From positions 64,751 through 128,750 of the forward strand of contig JBPOIO010000004.1 in NCBI GenBank assembly GCA_052034405.1: a DNA stretch of 64,000 bases. The letters are read 5' to 3'. Of the stretch, positions 10,673-19,895 are shown one piece after another. Below the pieces are notes generated by a model. That model was given only the letters and a program-made list of their open reading frames with translations. It was not told the origin of the DNA and made no database searches. The stretch is from Candidatus Magasanikiibacteriota bacterium (GTDB lineage: Bacteria > Patescibacteriota > Patescibacteriia > Magasanikbacterales > UBA922). Both the position numbers and the translations under genes were made by a program. Each line of letters begins with the position of its first letter. The stretch's first letter is position 1.

Positions 10673-11443
10673 CTAAAATTTTCTTGTCTTTCCCACAACC
10701 ATCTGGATTTGTCCTTTTGCCAAGCGAATCTTGAGTCTTGTTTCTTTTGACTCACGACCATCGGCATCAAGTACAAATGGATGATCACTACTCACGACCA
10801 TTTCTTCAAAAGGAAAGACGCTTGGGTCTTCGTATTCGTAACCAAAGAATCTTTTCTTATGCATTGGCCGCAAAAAGGCTTCGAGCTTTCCATCTTGTGG
10901 ATGAATAGTTTGTGCCTTGCCCTTTCCATTTTTCAATGTATAAGGCTGCAAGTTACAAACCACCAATTCAAGAGCCGTATTTTTTCCACGGCTTCGTACG
11001 GCAAACTTTTCGTCATATTCAACCAAAAGCTCTGCTGGTGCGATATGAAGCTGTGAAATAAAATAGCGATTGTTCACCCAGCCGACATCTAGGTACACCT
11101 TACGGCGACGAGAGAGTGTCTCACAGGCTTCAATCCCCGTAGGGATCCCAAGTACCCCAGCAATAGTATTGTATTGCTCTCCAATAGGGAGAAAGCCAAA
11201 TAATACTTTACAGGTAGCTGCTCGAGAAAGGACATGACCAAAGGTTACATCGTTTCCGACGATTACCACGGTTTTTGCCCCCTTTTTTATCTCATCTTCA
11301 ATAACGGCCTCAGCATTCGTAAAATTCTGAAGCCTGACTATTTTACCCGCAATTCAAAAATCTGTCAAGCGGGTCTCGATAGTCATCATAATAGAGTCAA
11401 AGCGCTTTTCTTTGAGGTAATTGTCGTAGAGATAAACGTACAT
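10673..11443 (-). pseudogene. Diacylglycerol-kinase-catalytic-domain (YegS/BmrU/DagK) family gene interrupted by an in-frame TGA at 11354..11356; catalytic GGDGT motif degenerate (GNDVT)
   Basis: Read through the stop, the product is MYVYLYDNYLKEKRFDSIMMTIETRLTDF*IAGKIVRLQNFTNAEAVIEDEIKKGAKTVVIVGNDVTFGHVLSRAATCKVLFGFLPIGEQYNTIAGVLGIP.... This aligns with the DAGK_cat N-terminus (IIYNP...VAGGDGT...IPMGTVNDF), but the key glycines are replaced. Only the part after the TGA (10673..11269) appears in the ORF track, as a GTG-start ORF. Confidence 0.6.
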
Positions 11444-11444
11444 T

Positions 11445-11930
11445 TTATTGATTTTCCTCTTCTTCGCTCGAAACTTCAAAATCTTCTTTTATACGACCAC
11501 GAACAACGCGTTTCTTTTCTGCTTTTGCACCATCCATTTCTATTCCGTCCATTGCGACCTTTCCATGAAGCAAAGCTCCGGCCTCAACAACCAAAACAGC
11601 ACATTCAATATCCCCAAGGATACGAGCCGTACTTGTAACTTCAAGACGTTCCAAAACTTTAACGTTTCCTTTGATTTCTCCAGCAATAACAGCATTTCCA
11701 GCACGAACATTAGCAATAATTCGGGCTCCTGGTTCAACCGTAAGAAGTTTACTTGTTTTCACACTTCCAGAAACAGTTCCTTTGACCAGAATATTTCCTT
11801 CAGAGGCAAAGTCTCCTTCAACATGCACAGAAGGTCCAACGACTGTTTCTACTTCGTCATGAGAATAAGTATTTGCGGCATAATTTTCTTCTTGTGCAAG
11901 TGCAATTTGAGGAGATGGTTTTTGAAACAT
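11445..11930 (-). CDS. Bactofilin (polymer-forming cytoskeletal protein, DUF583)
   Basis: Repetitive beta-helix motifs typical of bactofilins are present: GNILVKGTVSGSVKTSKLLTVEPGARIIANVRAGNAVIAGEIKGNVKV...LEVTSTARILGDIECAVLVVEAGALLHGKV. The C-terminal tail is acidic. The likely start is the MFQKP methionine rather than the first ATG of the track ORF. Confidence 0.8.
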   Translation of the reverse strand: MFQKPSPQIALAQEENYAANTYSHDEVETVVGPSVHVEGDFASEGNILVKGTVSGSVKTSKLLTVEPGARIIANVRAGNAVIAGEIKGNVKVLERLEVTSTARILGDIECAVLVVEAGALLHGKVAMDGIEMDGAKAEKKRVVRGRIKEDFEVSSEEEENQ

Positions 11931-12036
11931 ATCAAAAAAATAAAGATGAATACTTTGACATATAGTATACAACAAATTTCAAAAAAACAAAACTCCGAGG
12001 ATCGGAGCTTTGAATAATAAAAGTATTCAGTAGATA

Positions 12037-13731
12037 TTACATCTCATCTACTGTTTGAATAGTAAGAAGTGAAAGAGAATTCGTTACTACTATTTTTACC
12101 GCTTCACACAGAAATAAACGAAGATCTACAAGTTCTTTATTTTCTGCTTTTAGAATCTCATGCTTATTATAAAATTCATTAAAAGCCTGCGCCACATCAA
12201 ATGAGTATTTTGCAATCACCGATGGATTGTAATTTTCTAAGGCTTTTTGAATAATCCCTTCATATTCTGCTAGCAAAAGAAGAATATTTTTTTCTTCTGT
12301 TTCTTTGAGAAGAGCAAAGTTTGTTGTTTCATTTCTTTCTCCTGCTTTTCGTAACAAACTATTGATACGCGCAAGTACATACAAAATATAAGGTCCTGTA
12401 TACCCCTCAAAACTCGTAGCATCTTTCAAATCAAAAACAATATTTTTTGATGCTTCATGTTTTTGTAAGGTAAATTTGAGAGATGCTTGACTCAATTTTT
12501 TGACAGTATCTATAAGTACATCTTGATTCCAATCTGGATGGCGTTCTTGACTCTCACGGTACATTTTATCAGCAATTTCATCACGCAAATCTTCGTAGAG
12601 CACCACATTTCCAAGGCGGGATGACATTTTGCCTTCTGGTTTTGTTACCAAGCCATAACCAATATGTGTAAACTTCTTTTTGAAACCAAGCATCTCCAAA
12701 ATTTTGTAGAGCTGTTTGAAATAAAAATTTTGTTCAATACCTGTAATCACAATACTTTCGTCCACATCGTACTTTTCAAACTTTTCTTTTGCAAGAGGAA
12801 TATCACTCGTAAGATAAAGCCCTGTACCATCTGATTTTCGAAGAAGCGCAACATCCAATTTTTCCTTACTTAGGTCAATAATAATAGCTCCCCCTTCTCC
12901 CACTTGCGCAATACCTTTTTGAAGAAGTTCATCCACAGTTTTTTGTCCCGCCGCTTTGATAGTACTTTCATAAAATGTTGTTTCATGATGCACTCCAAGC
13001 TCGGCAAAAAGTTCATTGAATTTTTCAATACTCCAATCACGTGTTTCTTGAAACAATTTTGTAATTTCACTTTCCCCTGCTTCCAATTTTTGTTGAATTG
13101 CAGATACTTCTTTTTTGTATTCATCATTTTCTTTCACCGCGCTACTTGCTTCAGCATAGACTTCTCCCAGCCATTTTTGACGATTTCCCTCTGGAATAAT
13201 ACCATCATAGAGCTTTGTCACACCCCAAAGACATTTGGCAACATGAGATCCAAAATCATTGAGATAATTCACAGGAACAACTGTATAGCCACTTTTGCGA
13301 TACAAATTCACGAGAGTGTTTCCAATACAGACATTACGAAGGTGACCAATATGAAATTCTTTATGCGTATTGTTTGAAGGGTATTCAATCATGACAGACT
13401 TTCCCTGACCAATTTTATTTGCTCCAAAATTCTCTTGCTTTAAGGCAATTTCTGTCAAAATAAGTTTTGCAAGTTCCCCTGTATTCAAAAAGAAATTCAC
13501 ATAAGGACCAAAAGCAGCCACTCGATCGATAAGAGGATTACTTATCAAAGCTAATTTTCCAAATATTTCTTCTGCAAGCTCTGCGGGGTTTCGCCCTTGT
13601 TCTTTTGCAAGGGAAAAAACAGGAAAAGCAAAATCTCCCATTTCTGCCTTTGGTGACAGAGTGATTTCTACATTTTCAATACCAATATTTTTCAAAATGT
13701 CTTTGAGTTGTAGAACAATAATTTCTTTCAT
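12037..13731 (-). CDS. argS: Arginine--tRNA ligase
   Basis: The class I HIGH motif (HIGHLRNVCIGN) is present, as are the N-terminal Arg_tRNA_synt_N-like region and the C-terminal DALR anticodon-binding region. The product is 564 aa. Confidence 0.93.
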   Translation of the reverse strand: MKEIIVLQLKDILKNIGIENVEITLSPKAEMGDFAFPVFSLAKEQGRNPAELAEEIFGKLALISNPLIDRVAAFGPYVNFFLNTGELAKLILTEIALKQENFGANKIGQGKSVMIEYPSNNTHKEFHIGHLRNVCIGNTLVNLYRKSGYTVVPVNYLNDFGSHVAKCLWGVTKLYDGIIPEGNRQKWLGEVYAEASSAVKENDEYKKEVSAIQQKLEAGESEITKLFQETRDWSIEKFNELFAELGVHHETTFYESTIKAAGQKTVDELLQKGIAQVGEGGAIIIDLSKEKLDVALLRKSDGTGLYLTSDIPLAKEKFEKYDVDESIVITGIEQNFYFKQLYKILEMLGFKKKFTHIGYGLVTKPEGKMSSRLGNVVLYEDLRDEIADKMYRESQERHPDWNQDVLIDTVKKLSQASLKFTLQKHEASKNIVFDLKDATSFEGYTGPYILYVLARINSLLRKAGERNETTNFALLKETEEKNILLLLAEYEGIIQKALENYNPSVIAKYSFDVAQAFNEFYNKHEILKAENKELVDLRLFLCEAVKIVVTNSLSLLTIQTVDEM

Positions 13732-13746
13732 ACGAAAATAAAAGTT

Positions 13747-14028
13747 TTAAAGAGATTCTGGAAATTGAGCAAAAACCTCCAAAATGGTTTCACGAAGTTC
13801 TACAAGAAGCCCTCCCTGCTCTGCAGCAGAATCACGACTAGAAACCCCATTTCCATAAATACCCTCCGCTCTTGTATATTCAAGTAACTTTTTTTTCAGC
13901 CACTCTTTTGCTGCTTGTTTCTCTTCAATAGAAGAATCTGATCTTTTCAAAATCTCTAGATATGGCTCAAGTTTAAATAATTCTGACTCTCGTTCATACA
14001 CAGTTCTCAAAGTAAGTCTTTCTCCCAT
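13747..14028 (-). CDS. Hypothetical small protein
   Basis: The 93-aa ORF is tightly packed between tyrS and argS. No domain was recognised. Confidence 0.3.
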   Translation of the reverse strand: MGERLTLRTVYERESELFKLEPYLEILKRSDSSIEEKQAAKEWLKKKLLEYTRAEGIYGNGVSSRDSAAEQGGLLVELRETILEVFAQFPESL

Positions 14029-14033
14029 AGTAT

Positions 14034-15227
14034 TTATTTTATTTTGACAAAAAATCGTTTTCCTTTTTGGATAATATCCCCGGCTTTTGTTTGGGTTTCA
14101 AGTGATTCAACTTTTTCGTCATTGATTTTGACTCCGGCTCCCTCAATCTGACGGCGTGCCTCACCACGACTTTCTACAAAGCCAGCTTCAACGAGTACTG
14201 TAACAATATCATAAGCGCTTGGTTTCAATTCTGCAATTTCTGCTGGTTTTTCACTATTTTGAATCACTGCGGCAAAATGTTCGCGGCCAAGGCGTGCTGC
14301 TTCGTCCCCAAGAAACATTTCTGTCACATGATACGCAAGGTTGAGCTTGAAATCACGTGGGTTCGCACCATTTTTCATTGCCTCTTCTACTTCTTTTACT
14401 TCGTGCATTGGAATACGCGTACAAATTTCAAATCCAGGGACAATCATCTCATCACTCCAGCGCATGACTTTTCCAAACATATCCTCTGGTGAATCTGACA
14501 TGGCAATCATATTTCCTTCGCTTTTGCCCATTTTCTTTCCGACTGAATCCGTAAGGAGTTTTCCAGCCACAACAAATTTTTCTTTTCCACTCAAATCTTT
14601 CATGAGGTGACGCCCCGCAAGCATGTTGAATGTTTGATCGTTTCCTCCTACTTCACCGTCAACATCCATTGCTACAGAATCGTAACCCTGCATCAATGGG
14701 TAAAAAAATTCATGCATGTAAATAGGCTTTTCTTCTGCCATGCGTTTTTCAAACATATCACGTTCAAGCATTTGTTGCACAGTGAAATGACTTGCAAGGT
14801 CAATAACTTCGGCAAAAGTAAGTTTTCCAAGCCAGTCGTTATTGAAACGAAGTTCAGCAGGATTTTCTCCATCAAATTTGAGAATAGTCGATGCTTGTTT
14901 TTGGTACAATTTACAATTTTCCAAAACTTGTTCACGAGTTTGACGAACACGCGCAGCACCTTTGTCCGTAGGATCTCCAATAAGGGCAGTAAAATCGCCA
15001 ATAAGCATGATTACTTTGTGACCAAGTTCCTGAAAATCTCGAAGCTTCATGAGTGTAATTGCATGACCAATATGAAGTGTCGGACCAGTTGGATCGTATC
15101 CACAATAAATCGTAAGAGCTTTGCCCAATTTCAATTTTTCTTCCAAAAATTCGCGGTTTGGAAAAATATTTTCAACTCCGCGTTCGAGCAATGTCTGAAG
15201 TTTTGTTTCGTGATCAGTATGTGACAT
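14034..15227 (-). CDS. tyrS: Tyrosine--tRNA ligase with C-terminal S4 domain
   Basis: The product carries the HIGH motif (PTLHIGHAITL), the KMSKS-type motif KKMGKSEGN, and an S4-like C-terminus. It is 397 aa. Confidence 0.93.
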   Translation of the reverse strand: MSHTDHETKLQTLLERGVENIFPNREFLEEKLKLGKALTIYCGYDPTGPTLHIGHAITLMKLRDFQELGHKVIMLIGDFTALIGDPTDKGAARVRQTREQVLENCKLYQKQASTILKFDGENPAELRFNNDWLGKLTFAEVIDLASHFTVQQMLERDMFEKRMAEEKPIYMHEFFYPLMQGYDSVAMDVDGEVGGNDQTFNMLAGRHLMKDLSGKEKFVVAGKLLTDSVGKKMGKSEGNMIAMSDSPEDMFGKVMRWSDEMIVPGFEICTRIPMHEVKEVEEAMKNGANPRDFKLNLAYHVTEMFLGDEAARLGREHFAAVIQNSEKPAEIAELKPSAYDIVTVLVEAGFVESRGEARRQIEGAGVKINDEKVESLETQTKAGDIIQKGKRFFVKIK

Positions 15228-15237
15228 AGAAAATAGT

Positions 15238-16155
15238 TTAGGGCTTTAACTTTTGATTTTCTTTTAATAAATTTCCCCAGTTTATTGATAAAAAATTTGC
15301 TTTTTTTTCAAGGATACTACGCAACAATACAAGATTTTTAGGCGTTGGTTTTATACCCAATACAGTAATTGCCAAATCTCTTTCTTCAAGCGTCTGAGTT
15401 GGATTTTGATACCACTTGGCCAAAACCAAAGCAGCTTTCTCTAAGTTTGTTAATTCCGAGGTATTTTCAAGATCATAAATAACATTTTGAAGTCTTTCTC
15501 GAGAGATTTTTAATGATAGAGTTTCATCAATATCTGTTGCATCACCCCTTTTTTTATTTGTTACCAATTCCCAAAAATAATTATATTCAGGAAAAAGATC
15601 CCGAAGACGTACAATAATTTGAGATATTCTACTTTCATCCAACTTCAATTCATTGGCAATCTCCTTATTTGAATATCCATCAAATTTTCTATGAATTATA
15701 ATATTTATATTTTTTAAATATTGCTCGTCAATATTTTTAGATTCAGCCCTATCCACAATATCTTCCCAAATTTCCGCAAGATGATCATGGAGAAAATCAT
15801 ATTCATCAACGCCACCAAGAAAACGTTCTTCAGAAGTATTCGAAGGATAATCCATATCTCCGAGAATAGGACCGGACACTTTAATTTTAAAATTCCTGTG
15901 CCGTAATAAATCTACAAGTGTATATTTATAAAGCTGTAAGCGATATTGTTTATTCACCAAAAAATCATCTAGATTTACAGCATCGGGAGTATTTATTTTT
16001 ATCGTCATACGTCCAAATACTTCATCAGCGGATTCTTCATCCAAGTGACATAACTGAAGTATCTTCAATTTGTCAGCCAAAAGAAGCATATACGCTTGTT
16101 CGATACGTTCTTTTTCCATTCCAGATTTACGAAATTCTCCTCGGTTTTCTGTCAT
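15238..16155 (-). CDS. Hypothetical protein with sigma-70 region-4/LuxR-like helix-turn-helix
   Basis: The 305-aa product has an internal HTH segment, FDGYSNKEIANELKLDESRISQIIVRLRDLF. Its start overlaps the valS stop by 4 nt, which suggests co-transcription. Confidence 0.4.
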   Translation of the reverse strand: MTENRGEFRKSGMEKERIEQAYMLLLADKLKILQLCHLDEESADEVFGRMTIKINTPDAVNLDDFLVNKQYRLQLYKYTLVDLLRHRNFKIKVSGPILGDMDYPSNTSEERFLGGVDEYDFLHDHLAEIWEDIVDRAESKNIDEQYLKNINIIIHRKFDGYSNKEIANELKLDESRISQIIVRLRDLFPEYNYFWELVTNKKRGDATDIDETLSLKISRERLQNVIYDLENTSELTNLEKAALVLAKWYQNPTQTLEERDLAITVLGIKPTPKNLVLLRSILEKKANFLSINWGNLLKENQKLKP

Positions 16156-18821
16156 AGTAATGTAGATATTTGAGCTTGTAATTTTTCTAATTTTTCCATT
16201 GCCTCAGCAAGCTTCGCACGTTCTTTTTCGACGATTGGCGCTGGTGCACTCGTTGCAAAATCCCCTGCGAGTTTTGCTTCAAGTGACTTAACATATGGCG
16301 CAATAAGAGCAATTTCTTTTTGTAGACGTGCACGTTCTTTTTCTATATCAACCGCACTTGAAAAATCAAGGTATACTTCAATTCCACTTTCTACAAATGA
16401 AATTGCACCTTCTGTTTTTTCTGCATTTATACTTAAATCTTCAAGATTCGCAAGACGCAAAAATATTGCTTTATTTTCTATGATCAAATTTTCATTTTCT
16501 GCTACAAAATTTGCCTTGATTTTTTTTGCTGCTTCAATTTTGTATTCAGTACGAAGTGCTCGAATTTGAGTGATGATATGTTGCAGAGTAACAAAAGTGT
16601 TTGCATTGTTTTCGTTAATACTATTGTTTTCAATAAAAGGATATTTTTCTACCATCAAAATATTTTCTTCGCCATAAATTTCTTTCCACAAAGTTTCTGT
16701 GACATATGGCATAAATGGATGCCAGAGCTTCAAAATACTATTCAAAAGATAGTTCAAAATATCAGATTTTTCACCCTCAATTTTGGCAATTTCCAGATAC
16801 CAATCTGCCAAATCTCCCCAGGTAAAATCACGAAGACGCTCCCCTGCCGAAGAAAGATTGTATTTTTCAAGATCATTGATTGAGTCAAAAATCACTTGAC
16901 TCAGACGACTCAAAATCCAACGATCGGACAAAGTTTTTGCAACAGGAACAGCACTATCTTTTTTTGGATCAGAAATATTGAGCAGCATAAAGCGACTCAT
17001 GTTCCAAAGCTTGTTTGTAAAATTTCGAAATCCGGCAATCTTTTCTTCCGAGAGTTTCATGTCGTTTCCTGGAGTTGAGCCAAGAAGCAATGAAAGACGC
17101 GTTGCATCTGTTCCATACTTCTCGATCATATCAAGCGGATCGATAATATTGCCAAGCGATTTACTCATCTTGCGGCCCTGTTCGTCACGCACCAGTCCAT
17201 GCAAATATACAGTTTTAAATGGCACATCCCCAAGCGTGTAGGTTGTCATAAGGATCATGCGCGCCACCCAAAAGAACAGAATATCGTATCCTGTTTCAAG
17301 AACAGATGTAGGATGAAAGGTTTGCAAGTCTTTTGTTTTTTCTGGCCAGCCAAGAGTTGAAAAAGTCCAAAGACCAGAAGAGAACCAAGTATCAAGAGTA
17401 TCAGGATCTTGTATCCAGCCCTCACCTGCTGGAGCTTCTACTCCAACATACATTTCTTCGCCCCGATACCACACCGGAATTTGATGCCCAAACCAAATCT
17501 GGCGAGAAATACACCAATCACGCAAATTGTCGATCCAGTGAAAGTATGTTTTATCAAAACGCTCAGGCACAATTTCAATATTTCCTTCACGCACCACAAT
17601 CTGCATACGTTCTTTGAGACTGAGGTTTCCATTGAGTGCTGGAATTTTTGCATCATGGGTTTCTACTTTTTTGTTGACATCAATAAACCACTGCGTCTTT
17701 GGAAGTGGCTCCACAACATCTTTAAATCGATCACTGGTCCCAGCATTTTGCATAATATCTTCTTCTTTTTCGAGAAGCCCACTTTCAGAAAGCCAAGAAA
17801 CAACTTTGGCGCGCGCTTCTTCAACTGTGAGTCCAGCATATTCTGATCCAGCCTTCGCCGTCATACAACCATCTTCACCTATAACCTGAATAATGCCGAT
17901 ATCGTTGCCAAGTGCTTTTTGTTTTTGATACATCTCAAAATCAATTGGACTATGTGCTGTTGTTACACCAAGCGCCCCAGTACCAAAGCTATCATCAATT
18001 CCTTCGTCTCCAATAACTTTGATATGCAAAGTATGTCCCTCTTGCCCAAAATCAGAAACATCAAATTCTTGACCAATATATTGTTTCCACTTCCCATCAG
18101 GATGAACGGCAACAGCACTGTCCCCAAGTTTTGTTTCAGGACGAGTGGTCGCAATAGAAATTGGAAAATCTTTTGCATATTTGAAAGTATACAATTTTGC
18201 AGGACGTTCTACATATACAAGTTCATCATCACTACATGTTGACTGTCCTTTTACAGACCAATTGATCACACGGTATCCACGATAAATAAGCCCATCATCA
18301 TACATTTTTTTGAATACCGTTCGGACAGCTTGAGTACGAGCATCATCGAGTGTATAGGCTTCACGAGACCAATCCAGAGAACTTCCCATTTTTTTACTCT
18401 GATTCACAATCGTATCATGACTCTCCTTCGCAAATTTTTTCACGCGCTCCAAAAATACCTCGCGGCCGAGCTCTTCTTTTGGTTTTTTCATTCCTTCATC
18501 TTTGATCAAAATCCCTTCGACTTTTGACTCCGTTGCTACAGCCGCATGATCTGTCCCCGGAATCCAAAGAGTACGATCCCCTTTCATCCGGTGATATCGA
18601 ACCATACAGTCCTCGATTGCAAGCATCGCAGCATGTCCCATATGAAGTGTCCCCGTCACATTTGGAGGTGGCAAAACAATTGTAAAAGAATCCGCATCTG
18701 ACGCAGTTACACCCTTTTCAACACAAACATCGGGATTAAACAATCCGCTTTCTTCCCAGCGTTTATAAATAGCATCTTCATATTTTTTTGGCTCATATGC
18801 TTTATCAAGTTCTTTTGGCAT
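16152..18821 (-). CDS. valS: Valine--tRNA ligase
   Basis: The HIGH region PPPNVTGTLHMGHA, the KMSKS motif, the editing domain and the C-terminal coiled coil are all present. The product is 889 aa. Confidence 0.95.
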   Translation of the reverse strand: MPKELDKAYEPKKYEDAIYKRWEESGLFNPDVCVEKGVTASDADSFTIVLPPPNVTGTLHMGHAAMLAIEDCMVRYHRMKGDRTLWIPGTDHAAVATESKVEGILIKDEGMKKPKEELGREVFLERVKKFAKESHDTIVNQSKKMGSSLDWSREAYTLDDARTQAVRTVFKKMYDDGLIYRGYRVINWSVKGQSTCSDDELVYVERPAKLYTFKYAKDFPISIATTRPETKLGDSAVAVHPDGKWKQYIGQEFDVSDFGQEGHTLHIKVIGDEGIDDSFGTGALGVTTAHSPIDFEMYQKQKALGNDIGIIQVIGEDGCMTAKAGSEYAGLTVEEARAKVVSWLSESGLLEKEEDIMQNAGTSDRFKDVVEPLPKTQWFIDVNKKVETHDAKIPALNGNLSLKERMQIVVREGNIEIVPERFDKTYFHWIDNLRDWCISRQIWFGHQIPVWYRGEEMYVGVEAPAGEGWIQDPDTLDTWFSSGLWTFSTLGWPEKTKDLQTFHPTSVLETGYDILFFWVARMILMTTYTLGDVPFKTVYLHGLVRDEQGRKMSKSLGNIIDPLDMIEKYGTDATRLSLLLGSTPGNDMKLSEEKIAGFRNFTNKLWNMSRFMLLNISDPKKDSAVPVAKTLSDRWILSRLSQVIFDSINDLEKYNLSSAGERLRDFTWGDLADWYLEIAKIEGEKSDILNYLLNSILKLWHPFMPYVTETLWKEIYGEENILMVEKYPFIENNSINENNANTFVTLQHIITQIRALRTEYKIEAAKKIKANFVAENENLIIENKAIFLRLANLEDLSINAEKTEGAISFVESGIEVYLDFSSAVDIEKERARLQKEIALIAPYVKSLEAKLAGDFATSAPAPIVEKERAKLAEAMEKLEKLQAQISTLL

Positions 18822-19007
18822 AAAAATTTCAGTTTAGTAACCTTATAGTATCGAAATTTACAGTAAAAATCAAGTAAAAATAAAACCCATCCCCTTGAGG
18901 ATGAGCTTTTAAAAATATACAGAAAAACTCACCTCAAAGGAATTGGGCTACACGGACCACAGGATAACTCTGTACAAGATGATTTATCATATATGTTTAT
19001 ATAACCA

Positions 19008-19042
19008 CAACAGCCCCATGCTTGTCAAATAAGGGGCTGTTG
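19008..19042 (-). terminator. Hairpin (caacagcccc - 15-nt loop - ggggctgttg), immediately 3' of the lexA stop
   Basis: A 10-bp perfect stem lies between the lexA stop (19053) and the valS start region. No clean U-run follows, so it may act as a stabiliser or terminator. Confidence 0.35.
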
Positions 19043-19052
19043 TAGCCAATTT

Positions 19053-19637
19053 TTATGCGTATTTTCGAATAACACTCGTTACGACTCCACCAACACGAAG
19101 TTCATCCTGAGGATAAATGTCCTTGTATTTACGATTGGCTGGACGCAAAAAAGCATTTGCACCTTTTTGAATAAAAAATTTCAAAGTCCAACCCTGATCT
19201 ATCTCGGCTACCACCACATCACCACTTTTGGGGTGTTTTGACCGATCTACAATCACCATGTCCCCCTTCATAATTCCAGCATCAATCATAGAATCCCCCT
19301 CTACCGTCAATACATAGGCTGTATCCGGATTGCGAACCAACATCTCATCAAGACTAATCACCTCTGCCATAGCTTCTTCTTCACTACTCGTCGGAAAACC
19401 AGCCTGAATTGTCCCAAGAACCCGCAAACCATAAAGACGCTTGGTAGGAATAAGCTTGCCCGTCTCGCTCTTGGCCACAAGCCCATCATCAATAAATTTT
19501 TGAATATACGAATGAACAGAATTTTTGGATTTAACAGAAAAGACCTGGGTAAGCTCTTCGTAACTTGGCAAACGATGGTTCCGCTTATAAAAACGGAGAA
19601 CTTCTTCTTTTCGTTTTTTATACAAATTTTCAGTCAT
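19053..19637 (-). CDS. lexA: LexA repressor (S24 peptidase family)
   Basis: The N-terminus carries a winged HTH. The C-terminal S24 autoprotease region reads LTVEGDSMIDAGIMKGDMVIVDRS...VVAEID, with the Ser-Lys dyad context. The likely start is the ATG at 19635-19637 (MTENLYKKRKEE) rather than the earlier ATG of the track ORF. Confidence 0.88.
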   Translation of the reverse strand: MTENLYKKRKEEVLRFYKRNHRLPSYEELTQVFSVKSKNSVHSYIQKFIDDGLVAKSETGKLIPTKRLYGLRVLGTIQAGFPTSSEEEAMAEVISLDEMLVRNPDTAYVLTVEGDSMIDAGIMKGDMVIVDRSKHPKSGDVVVAEIDQGWTLKFFIQKGANAFLRPANRKYKDIYPQDELRVGGVVTSVIRKYA

Positions 19638-19652
19638 ACAAACAAACTTAGT

Positions 19653-19664
19653 GAACAAATGTTC
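19653..19664. promoter_or_regulatory. LexA operator 1 (Cheo-box type, GAACAAATGTTC), just downstream of the lexA -10
   Basis: A perfect GAAC-N4-GTTC palindrome lies between the -10 element (TATACT, plus-strand 19672-19677) and the lexA start codon. Confidence 0.6.
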
Positions 19665-19671
19665 TATATAT

Positions 19672-19700
19672 AGTATAGAGAACAAACGTTCTCCTGTCAA
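19672..19700 (-). promoter_or_regulatory. lexA promoter: TTGACA (19695-19700) - 17 nt - TATACT (19672-19677), with LexA operator 2 (GAACAAACGTTC, 19680-19691) inside the spacer
   Basis: The -35 is a consensus hexamer, the spacer is 17 nt and the -10 is good. Two Cheo-type LexA boxes overlap the promoter, which is the classical autoregulatory layout. Confidence 0.6.
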
Positions 19701-19784
19701 AGCATTTTTATACACTCTTTATCCACATTAAAATAAGAGTACTTTTTGCTTTTATATAGCACAAAAACGCCTCTTATCTCCCCC

Positions 19785-19813
19785 TTGACAATAAGACTCT
19801 ACTCTGATAGAAT
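19785..19813 (+). promoter_or_regulatory. Candidate sigma-70 promoter TTGACA-N17-TAGAAT for the DHH phosphoesterase gene
   Basis: A consensus -35 and a near-consensus -10 with 17-nt spacing lie about 85 nt upstream of the ATG at 19896. Confidence 0.4.
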
Positions 19814-19895
19814 GCCCTATCCCCCTAAATAAAGCATTCAAAAACATTAAAATTTAGCTTTATAAAGCAGAATTTTAAGATCGTGGGGAATTTTT

